DNA from: Asterionella formosa
Lineage: Eukaryota
DNA length: 37,518 bases
Assembly: GCA_002256025.1 (NCBI GenBank)
Contig: NKIB01015221.1
Location: forward strand, 1-37,518
Direction: 5' to 3'
Positions within the stretch are counted from its first letter, which is position 1. Every line of letters starts with the position of its first letter. Positions 22,665 to 32,808 of the stretch are shown in pieces. The position numbers and the translations under genes were made by a program. Below the pieces are notes generated by a model. That model did not search any database, was not told where the DNA came from, and was given only the letters and a program-made list of their open reading frames with translations.

Positions 22665-23558
22665 TCAGGCCTCGCAAGGAGTGCTCCATATTTTGGATCC
22701 CGTGTTGGGGAAAAAAGTCTTGACAAAGGCTTCGCCTACTGACATATCCCATGTCTCCTCGTGAACGAAAATCAAGTTTTCTTCATCCAAGTGATAGAGC
22801 GTCCTTCCCGTCCACTCCGGCAGTAGTGGCTTCCAAGGCAACCGCAAGACGCCTTCCATTTTCCATTCTGCAACCAGCAGCTTTTCATGAACAATGTCAA
22901 GAGATAACAGTTCAGCATGCGACTTGTGATAGTCAAAAAGCTGCGATGCTGCATTTAGGTATTTTCGCAATCCTCTGACGGGCATGTCTGGATCGGGTCC
23001 ATCAAAGAAGCAATCGTCTCTGTAAATCGTGGTATTGAGACGACCTGTGATGTAGTATCCCTTGTTCGTTTCTGTCTTCCAATCTCCCAAAATTTTGTTG
23101 AAAATCTCGTTGACGGGCAGGTCAGGTGTCTTGTCCTTGGTCTTCGCCGTGGCACGACAGCCCAGAGGCAAGTCCAAGGATTTGTGTCGAATCAGCAAGA
23201 AACGACAAACCATGTCGATATTGTCGAGGGCATCCGCTGCGCGTCTTCGGAAAAAGGGGCATTTGATGGTCAGGGAGGTGGAATACCAATCTTCGAGGTG
23301 AGTGGCCAACCACACTTCAAACGGTGAGGCGCTGGCGGTTAATACGGAGAAGAACGCACGTGGACGTTCTTCTAGAGGTGAGACAAATCCGTGCAGTGAC
23401 ATTGTTTGTTGTTGCTGTGGCTGGAGTTCTGATGTTGTTCGCATTCTTGATGTCTGATGCTGGGCTCGAAGGTTGAGCGGAGCAAATGAGAAACTCTGCT
23501 GGCATTGTGTCAACAGGAGGAGACAGCACGAAAGGAGGGAGGCGAATTGGGGCAGCAT
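22665..23558 (-). CDS. DUF2358 / NTF2-like protein, probably plastid-targeted
   Basis: Signal peptide followed by SFS-FAP. Motifs GYYITGRLNTTIYRDDCFFDGPD, WKMEGVLRLPWKP and GRTLYHLDEENLIFVHEETWD match the DUF2358 pattern. Confidence 0.85.
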   Translation of the reverse strand: MLPQFASLLSCCLLLLTQCQQSFSFAPLNLRAQHQTSRMRTTSELQPQQQQTMSLHGFVSPLEERPRAFFSVLTASASPFEVWLATHLEDWYSTSLTIKCPFFRRRAADALDNIDMVCRFLLIRHKSLDLPLGCRATAKTKDKTPDLPVNEIFNKILGDWKTETNKGYYITGRLNTTIYRDDCFFDGPDPDMPVRGLRKYLNAASQLFDYHKSHAELLSLDIVHEKLLVAEWKMEGVLRLPWKPLLPEWTGRTLYHLDEENLIFVHEETWDMSVGEAFVKTFFPNTGSKIWSTPCEA

Positions 23559-24534
23559 TGTTGTTGGCTGGGGATACTGGCTATCGGCTGGAAATAAGCT
23601 TGGTTCTTAGAAAGAAGGTACCGGTAGAAAGTATGAGTATGGTGCAAGAATGCAATGATAAATTCTATAATCATAAGATGTGAGAAAGCATTAGCTGCGA
23701 TGTTTTCAGCTCTTCAGAAATGTCGTGTCTATTTGTCGTCGTAAATGCTTACCATTTCGTTAAGGTGTACGTGAATCCAGGAATCATACGCATGCCTTGT
23801 CATGGAAAAATCAAGGCTGGCCATTTAGTCTGTCGATGCAGTTTGGAGCTTTTCCTTGGATTACATAACACCTTTCACCATCTGCCTTCTCTGATATTGC
23901 CCTAAGAACGCTCCCTGCTTCGTACATGTTGATAAATCAGAAACTTAAAGAAATATCAAAACGTACGTGATGGTGGTCGCATCACAATTCTTAATCACAC
24001 GACTGGAGCTCACTCCCACTTACCATTGTTTCTGTCCCTCGTCCGGTCCTGGCAGCAGGGTTCGCTCTGGCTGCAAATACCGGTATACAAAGAGCGACTC
24101 CACGACTGTTATGACGATGTGAATTGCGAAGCCTTGATTCCTTCAAAACAAATTTAACTCAACTACGGTATTTAATTAGCTAACAAATATATGCACAAAG
24201 GTGTCTGTACTGTATTTAGCGAAAGAGCGCTTTTTTGCTAGTACTCCGAGTATCTACATGTTTCTTGTGTTAGATTGTTCGTAAAAGTGGGCAATGTAAT
24301 GCTTGTCAATGAGAGAAAATTCACCTGTTTATCATGAGAAAAAAATAGAAAGTAGTACCGTTAGTTGATAGCAAATTGCAGGGTTGGTGGGGAATGGACT
24401 TTTCGCGACTTTAATACATAGTCTAACACGACATGATACGGTACTATGAGTGCATTTAATATCCATCGCTTTAGCACAAATACAAATGGCAGCTATATAG
24501 TCTTTTGCCTTGAAACATAGGTGATGTCCTTGTA

Positions 24535-24966
24535 TTAATCGTGCTCCTCTGGCGTCAATCGCAGTTCTTCCAAGGAATTATTGAGATAAGGGTGAAGATG
24601 GAACCTATCGAGCTCCAATTTGTGAATATCTCCGTTGACAACAGTGCCAACTAATTGTTCCACCCGAGTCGCCAACGACATCCCTTCGTTGCTGTGCGTT
24701 TTGTCATATATGCTTCGTTCCATTCGTTCAACATGGGCACCCAATTCATCGTACAACGTACGAATCATGCAATTCTTTGACGTGCACTTCGAAAGGTCTA
24801 ATGTGCTTCTTGGTTGCAACGAAAGGACGTGGCGAACATCCTCGATTCGTTGAGACAATCTAACAGTGCCTCGAACCTGGTGGAAAATGGCGGATTCGAT
24901 CTTTCCAAGAACAACAAGGTCCGCCATTTCTGTCAACGACGTGAAGCGTTCAGTTGGTAATACCAT
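24535..24966 (-). CDS. Small unknown protein, paralog B
   Basis: ERFTSLTEMADLVVLGKIESAIF...QRI...QP...MIRTLYDELGAHVERME aligns with paralog A (DRFTHVTELVDLFTIGKMESAIF...QRI...QP...VIREMYDVLIDHVERME). The ATG at 24966 is in CATC-ATG context. Confidence 0.8.
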   Translation of the reverse strand: MVLPTERFTSLTEMADLVVLGKIESAIFHQVRGTVRLSQRIEDVRHVLSLQPRSTLDLSKCTSKNCMIRTLYDELGAHVERMERSIYDKTHSNEGMSLATRVEQLVGTVVNGDIHKLELDRFHLHPYLNNSLEELRLTPEEHD

Positions 24967-26192
24967 GATGCTGGTAGAAGAAGAGGAGGATATTGTAGAA
25001 ACGGCGGTGGTGTAACTATCAGTAGTTATGTGAGTGACAAATAAATGAAAGAGACATGGAATTTTCTGTTTTGAAATGAGAAGCATACTGTCAAATTGAG
25101 GATTCTCCAAATGAGGTGCACTCACTCGCACTCCTGTCATGGCCTACTGGCGCGACCCCCATCATACTACAGGATGAGGACAAACCAAGCGCTTTTACAG
25201 TAAATAGGCACTCCCCAGCGGCTCTTCTACCTACAATGTGACTAAACGATATACTGGTAGGATAGTATTTGCCTTTCCTTACAAAAAAAAAAGTTGACTG
25301 CCAAAACAATGTGTGCACCAATGCTAATATAGTTAATGGAGAACAGGGGAATGACCCTAATGCACATTGGTGACTGATACAACAATAGTTGTGACGATAC
25401 GTTCGACAGCTCAACTCGTTTTCACCTTTACAGTTGCAAGCATTGTCAAAATTGGAACTTGGGCAAGTTGCGAGTTCGACTACTTCAGTGGAGCAGGTAG
25501 CGCTTACGCAGATTGACAGAGACTACTTGGTTGTCAACTGGGATGTTAAACATGCCGGATTATCACATTTTACATATAACCAGTCACAACACCACAAGTG
25601 AAAAGTCGTGTTGCAGCGCCCTCGGTAACCTCTTGAACTGAAAAGGTGAGAAAAGGGATGTCAGGACAATAGTTTATTCCTTGGCAACACTGAATAGAAA
25701 AAACCAAAGATCAGCCATACGTTCGATTTCTCTACATATCATTTCAGACAGCAATTGGATCGACCAATCATCATTTCTCTTCATTCCGCAAGATTGGAAA
25801 CAAAAAGAAGAACATACCTATATAAGGCAAAAAGATATCAAAAAGTGAGAAAAATACTGTCCAGTAAAGTGACGTGGGTCATACACAATATTCAGGAGTC
25901 GAGAATATCAGGTAAACGTATATATGATCCTTTGTCCTTCAGTGTAAATGTTTCACTCCGACAGCTCCAATAGATTCGTTTATCATCCCTTTCTCGAAGG
26001 GGGGGGGGGAGGTTACAGAATCTGCTACATACCTAGTCATTACAACCTCCCTTGGCGGCATGACCGAGAAGGGATATCGACAAGAAGAGCAAAGTTTACG
26101 ACAGATCTGTGAATAACAACGAGGAAGGACAAAATTAGACAAGAAAGAGAAAACCGTCATATTTTCCACAAGTTATGGAGAATCTGGGTGTG

Positions 26193-27100
26193 TCGCCTTC
26201 ATTAACAAATGAAGTTTATAATCAAGAATTTCAGATACCATAGGGATAAACTATTAATTTTGTAATCATCGGCAGTTTCCTGTAACATGGTGCTGAAACG
26301 CAACTTACTCACCTTGTGCCATTGCCTTGCCAGTGTATCGGAATCACGAGGCTGCTGTAATTGTCGAACGAGAGAATGAGTTAGAACGGTGTAATTTAAA
26401 AAAAATGAAATTCAATGTACGGGTAAATAGTAAATTGCACACATGCTTTCATTGAGAAATGGAATTATAATCAAAAAGTTTTTGGATATCAGAAACCGTA
26501 GTAATAATCCTTGTTTCTAATCACAAGCAATGCAAAAGTCGTTGCATAATTGATAAGAACTCACCTGAAGTGACAATTGTACGCATAATGTCATTATGCA
26601 ACTGAAACATGATACAAGTTAATTTCATGTTGTGGATCAAAAGAGGGAAACGAGATGGACGCCCCTGGCTTTGCTGGACGCACAACAAAATCAAGGAATA
26701 GTCCAACCCGCACACGATTGCCATTATTCCTATGAAAATTGTATCCAATGCGTGTAGGCCAAAGTGGGTAATGATTGCGTCATAAACATCAAACGAGAGA
26801 ACATATTCACCATAAGTGTCCAGCACAACATCAATACCTATGCGCTACCATCGAAATATGGACAAAGGGTAGACAGTACCAAGAGTGAAATAAACTTTTG
26901 CCGATTTGCTAAGAGTTCTCAGCAGGGAGATCATTCAGTTGATGAGTCTGTGACTAACGAAAAATGAAAAGTTAGACAGATAGTTGTTACAATTCTCATG
27001 ATTTGACAATCGGGATATTGCCGTCATTCAGAAATTTGAGTTATAATCAAAGTAATTCAGATACCATAGGGATAAACTATTACATTTGTAATCATCAGCA
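26193..27100 (+). repeat. Dispersed direct repeat pair (~80 bp; ~26193-26273 and ~27019-27100)
   Basis: Identical 27-nt core TTCAGATACCATAGGGATAAACTATTA at 26230-26256 and 27056-27082, with similar flanks. Confidence 0.9.
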
Positions 27101-27124
27101 AAAATGATTGATGTTCCGTTGTTC

Positions 27125-28896
27125 TCAAAATGACTCACCGTCTGTTTCTAAATTGGAACCACTGTTTTTGAATAATGAATAAGAAAGATAAGTGATTCCT
27201 TCGGATCGTTCATGAAGATAGGGAAGGTACAAGACTCGATGCAAGGAGGAAGTTTGCGCTGCATCCAAATAGTTAAACGATGCCATTTTGTTCCACATGA
27301 CATGACTCTTGTTCATGGCAACAATGCACGATGATGATCCTCTTGTTTCCTCTAGCTCCACTACATAGTCACAATCTTGCACTTGAACGTATCGGTCCAT
27401 TTCTTCTCTATTTGCGTCATTGAACATGGTACCAACCTTACTGCCCTCCACATCAAATTGTTTAGGTAATTGTCCAGTAAAGCTTGATTTGACAAATGCT
27501 AGTCTCGTGTCTGGTGGAAGTAGAAAACTGGATGGAAATCGATACCACTCACCACAGGTGCAAACCAATCCCCTGGCGTTTGGTGGAATGGCCGCATACA
27601 ACGCAAGTGGAGCTGTATAATATTTGGAAAGTGCCATGGTACGGCTTATTCCGAGTATACAAGACGGTATCAACAGTAGGATCCAATAAGGTCGACTCCT
27701 ACCGGTACTACTACTTGCACGTCCAAGGACGGTTTTCCACAGTTGTTCCACAACTAGGACAGCTGAAAGACATGCAATTGCATAACATGGAAATAAGAAA
27801 CGTTCTTCCTTGTGTGGTCGGTGTCCGACAACGGCCAACCACCCGTATAGAGATGCAGTCATGGTTACTAATGGAGTCGGGAGGGCATGTCCCACGAGGC
27901 GTCGTAGTGAACACACGGGTAACACAAGGAGAGCCAGGCCAGCCATGTAATTGAAATTCAACATGGCATTCTTAATGTAGTACGATATCGGTTCCACACC
28001 ATACAATTCATCTCCACCTCCTTGAGCATTGTAGGAAAAAATATTGTGCGTTGCCATCGTCCAGCGTCCGTAGTGTTGATAGTCTATCATCATGACAATC
28101 GCTTGAGCCAGTAGGGTGTACACACACGTTCCCAACAATAAGTAGATAGGATGTTTGCACGTCCATAGTATATGAACTCCCATGGGGAGTAGAACAATGA
28201 CACCGAACGGCCATCCAATGGCCAATGTGGCAGTAACCGCGACCAGGACAAATCGTGTCCATTGTTGTCTCACATATGCCGTTGCAGCAATGAGCCATGC
28301 GAATAAAAAGGTGGAAGAGGGTAGAAGTGCCCCGGAGGCGTGAGCCATCCCTGCCGACGTGAGAAGACATGCAGCTGTTACATACGAGACGAGCACTGTC
28401 ACTAGTGGTTGGCGTTCCAGGGATTGATTGAAGGGCACCGGTTCAGAAATGGCCATCAAGAATTGCACTTCAGCCAGCCCCATTCCAGCAGCCAGGGTCG
28501 CTCTCAGTAACAGGAAGAGTGCCATGCGGTCATGAGAAATGGTAGTATCCACTAGTAGTGTTACAGAAGGCCTCACGAGGGGCAGCAGGTATTCATAGAG
28601 CTTCCCGATTCCAACGAGGGGATAAAGATACGCGTAGGTCCGCAAGGCGAATTGAGGTGCGTATTCCCAAGTTTGCATGCCACTGCTCGAGGGAGGAAAG
28701 GGAAGAGTGAGGAATGGTCCGACAAGTTGAGCAGTTACAGCCACCGATGGGTATACCGGTATACGTACCTGCCAAACAACAGGAAATGCAACGGCTCCCA
28801 ATAATTGAACACTTCGTCGCAATCCATAATGGGCATGCGATTGGCCAGCGCTATTCGAATGCCCACATAAGCGAGGGACACATGAAGCCACGACAT
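27125..28896 (-). CDS. ALG9: Dol-P-Man alpha-1,2-mannosyltransferase, GT22 (exons 28896-28769, 28682-27125)
   Basis: Splicing out GTACGT...GCAG (28768-28683, 86 nt) gives MSWLH...PIMDCDEVFNYWEPLHFLLFGSGMQTWEYAPQFALRTYAYL. Also present: LYGVEPISYY, PHKEERFLFP, EWYRFPSSF, FTGQLP and NDANREE. Confidence 0.93.
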
Positions 28897-29440
28897 GGTG
28901 CAGAGATCATGGATCAGCTACAAATGGAAAGAACGACATGAAAAAGGAAACAATTGAAATGATACAATGATGTGTGTCAATGTTGTTTGCCTTGCAACAA
29001 TACATGAGCTCTATGCTGGCTGTACGTATTTTGTGTGTCGCCTGGAAGATTCATGTACCTGGTACCGGTACCGCCATTATTAGCTACTCCTTTTATTTAG
29101 CTATTAACTACCGGTATATATATGATACATACATAGGGCATATCATTTGAATACCGGTACGCTGGGTAGACTCTTTCGAAGTAATGTAGTAAGAGGTATC
29201 TTTGTCCTTTCGCAGATATTTTACTACCGGTACTGCCGTTTTTGTTTCAATGTGTTGTTGTCACAGATTCTATATCATTGCATTCTTGGAATTCCCTCTT
29301 GGAGGGCTCCATCAAATATGGCCACTGGTGAAGTTGTTTCACATATTCCTAGCAGAATATATATATTTATACTGGCATTTATCATGCTGAGCACTCATCA
29401 GTTTGTGATAGTACAAGAACCACTATGCAACAAAAAGAAA

Positions 29441-30350
29441 ATGTACAGACCACCAGGACTACCACCTCAACATCCATCATTCTCCAAACAATCATCATCA
29501 TTGTCACCACTTTCAAGTAGTGCATTTACCGGTAGTAGTGCTACTAGTAGTGGCAGCCATCATCATTTCAATGAACATGATATAGGATTACACCAACAGC
29601 AGCACCAGCATGACCCAGAATGTTCCTCACTACCATCATATCTAAGTGTGTCAAACATGACTGCAGATGAAAAAGGCTTTTTGGATCTGTCCTGTGCGCT
29701 TGTTATTTTTATGATCACCATGCCCAACTTCACAATAGCTAGTACCTGTACACCCAATGCAATCAACATCTGATGACATTCAAGGGAGTTCAGCAGTACA
29801 ACTATTATCATTATACTATGTATAAGAAGGGAATAATTGCCTATACTAGTAGATTAATCTTTTGAATCTTTCATTCTCAAAATATTGATTCTTGATTGCA
29901 CTTTGTTGACTGGTTTGAGTCTATGGAAACGTTATGAGGATTAGTAGGTACTAGCAAATACTACTAGCTACCTGTACTTTGGTGCTGCACCAGCTCTGCA
30001 GCAAGTATCCCAACCAACCAGCAAGAGGCAACTACAAGAAAGAAGTAGTAGGGAATATTACAATACCTGTTTGCATGCAACAACCAAACTATTGATTCTG
30101 ATGATCAGGATGATGCCTACTAGTTCAGTCAGCTGATCATTGCTGGTCAACTTGTGTCGGACTTCATGCTAATTCTTGCATCCTGGGATTGAATTGATTT
30201 TTCTTATCTACCAGGCGGTATATATTTATATTCTTTCATCGGACAAGTAGGCGCCTGCTGCCTTATGACGACAAGTGGCTTCGCTCAACATTATATACTA
30301 GCTACCACAAATATGTGGCAGCAAGCAGCCAGGAATCCTTACTAGCTACT
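29441..30350 (+). pseudogene. Probable decayed gene (low-complexity N-terminus, hydrophobic segments)
   Basis: MYRPPGLPPQHPS...DLSCALVIFMITMPNF is followed by stop-interrupted protein-like frames (DDQDDAY*FSQLIIAGQLVSDFMLILASWD*...). The stretch is strongly CpG-poor and I recognise no family. Confidence 0.35.
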
Positions 30351-30599
30351 AGCAGGTGCATTAGCAGGAGTGCGACACCAACATCTCGTACCTACGAGGT
30401 TCCTCTAGAAATGGCTACATGTGTGCAGAACAGTGAACAATCATAAACAATATGATAATATGACTATTGTATGAGTACATGTGTTCTATATAGACATACA
30501 TTCCACCAGTCTACTGGTATTTTTTTCTCGTACCAAGTACCTGGTACCATGGTACCATAACGTTTGCTTGTTCTTTCTTCGCTACATGATGAACAAAAA

Positions 30600-31593
30600 A
30601 CACGCAGGCATAAAGGCCCCGTCTTTCGGTGCCCAAATTACGAAGATAGAGTCGCCCGGATACCTGTTGGGCGTTTAATCTTCGTATTTTGGTCCCTTAG
30701 GAGGGGCTAAATAGCTCGCAATTCCCCCCCTCCCCCCAGATTACAAAGATTAATCTTCGTTCGCCCGAATATTTCGAGGGTCATCCCCGATATTGACCCC
30801 ATCTTCGTATTTTCTTGAACAATCTTCGTTTCCCAAAGATTTGCTTTTCTTCGGGCAAACGAAGATTGTCTGCACCAATCAGAATGGCGGAAACAATATA
30901 TAGCTAATCGTCATCACATATACTGATGATATAGTCTTCGATACTTCTATTGTAGTATTATTGTCATTATTATTACATTTTATTAATATAATTATCCTTA
31001 CTTCTAATATTTTTATTATGATAATAATAATTTGCAGCTAACATGACAACTCCGCCAATGCTATTGTCAACCTTCATGGCACATTATCAACAGTGTGTGC
31101 AGCCATGGAAGCAACAATGGATGTCATGGCAACTACCAGCAGCCTTGCCAGCTGCGTTGTGAAATGAGCTGGTTTCTCAGTTCCATTTGGAAGTTCAATC
31201 TGAAAGAGGAAACCAATATCGAATACGGTCTCAAAAGGAATGCTCCTCCTCAGTTGAGTAGTTAGTTGGTTCTTGATTCGCCATCGTGATGGTTACCCAT
31301 AAAATTTCCCAAATACGAAGATCAAAGATTTTGCTGCAATAGCTTTGCAATATTCGATCTTTGTATTTCGGGCACAGTAACTTTCAGCCCAATGTCATAC
31401 TGGTATGAATATTTACCCTCATCTTGGTGGGCGGGGGTTAGTAAACTTATTCTAGAGCGATGATCGCTCTGTCTGCACCTCTGACCCCGACAGAATCTAG
31501 CTCTTCGGTTAAAAACCCCCATTTTTTCAATTCTTGGGGGAATGAGTTTCACTTCGGTAAAACTAACCAATTGCGGGAATGAGTTTCACCCTA
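30600..31593. mobile_element. Candidate non-autonomous DNA transposon with repeated ATCTTCGT/ACGAAGAT motifs
   Basis: The octamer occurs at 30640, 30678, 30753, 30801, 30822, 30859 and 31315. A 19-bp inverted repeat lies at 30629-30647 / 31357-31375 (16/19 match), and GGGAATGAGTTTCAC is repeated at 31538 and 31575. Ends are not defined. Confidence 0.5.
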
Positions 31594-31880
31594 CATAAGG
31601 CAAAATAGTTCCTGCCATTTCGTATTCCAGCATTCATAATAATAGTATTCAAAACGGTCATGCCACGAATGAAAGATAACCGTTGTCCGAGCTGCCAGCG
31701 CATTTATTCAAGCGCTAGATTACCTGGCGTGTATATCCGAGATGTCCAAATCGTCATTTCGGCGAACCTGGAGGTATGATTTACCGTTGTACACGTTTAC
31801 CAAACCATAAAGTGATACCTTGCCGGTAACTGGAAATGATCGCATCTGGTGTCAAGTGCCAAAATACTAGTTACCAGGTA

Positions 31881-31976
31881 CCAGCAAGATGGGGTAATTT
31901 GGTTTAAATAAACAATTTAATATAGGATAAAGATAGCTAAATGTTTAGTATCAGCACAATTACCTCAACTTGCAGG
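31881..31976. mobile_element. 96-bp MITE, copy 1 (TA-flanked, Tc1/mariner-type)
   Basis: TA|CCAGCAAGATGGGGTAATT...AATTACCTCAACTTGCAGG|TA. It aligns without gaps to 36658-36753. Confidence 0.8.
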
Positions 31977-32374
31977 TACCGGGAATGGCTTGCCTATGTA
32001 CATACAGTATATAGCAGCTACCAGGCAGATACGTACCGGTACTCAATTACACCAGTACCGGGTACCAATGAAGGTCCGGTGAAACATAAGCTAAATATCT
32101 CGATGAACGGACCTTCAGCTGGGAGACTGCTGGTAGACTACAACCTATTCTACGTATGTACAAGTGGAATTGCACTGTAAAATGCAAACCGGTACTGGCA
32201 ATAAAGAACACAGGCAGAAGAGCCGAGGAATGAGCCATCCATCGACAATCGTGCCTATTTCGCAACAGCGGGAATCAAGCATCACAAGGGACGATACGTC
32301 CAAACAAAGGCCACAATTTAAAAAACACAATCTACCATCTACACAATTGAACATCCAGAACACGCACAAAAACG

Positions 32375-32689
32375 ATGACCATGATGCCCACTATTTTTGA
32401 CCGATCGTCCCCGGATCTTCACAAATCCAATTCCAACGACATTTCTGCATTAAGTGATGAAACCCCTCCTGCAGATCACTTGAAAACACAACCGAGACCA
32501 AAATCATTTCGCATTTATAACTACTCCATGACAGTGAAAGTCAACGACGCACCGGGTGGGGACGAGCTGCAACTCGTGCCGATATCACTGCATCGGAAAA
32601 TGGGGTGTCACCCATTACTAGGCAACACAAATAAGATTTCAAAGGCGATAAATGAAATTGAGATATTGACTGTCGACAATCGAACTTGA
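32375..32689 (+). CDS. Possible small hypothetical protein
   Basis: 104-aa ATG-started ORF in CpG-intact sequence, convergent with the aminopeptidase. No recognisable domain. Confidence 0.3.
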   Translation: MTMMPTIFDRSSPDLHKSNSNDISALSDETPPADHLKTQPRPKSFRIYNYSMTVKVNDAPGGDELQLVPISLHRKMGCHPLLGNTNKISKAINEIEILTVDNRT

Positions 32690-32808
32690 GGCTGCAGACA
32701 ATGTGTCCATTGAGCAGAAGCATGTGCCATGTCCCTGAAATTGTTTTAAACATAAGCCTATTTTTAATTCAACTTTGAGAAAGAATATTATCCCTTTTTC
32801 TTGATACC

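Noticed and set aside
28683..28891. ORF-track N-terminus of the 588-aa ORF (MASCVPRLCG...)
   Set aside because: It is the wrong frame plus intron read-through. The conserved DCDEVFNYWEP exon is in another frame starting at ATG 28896.
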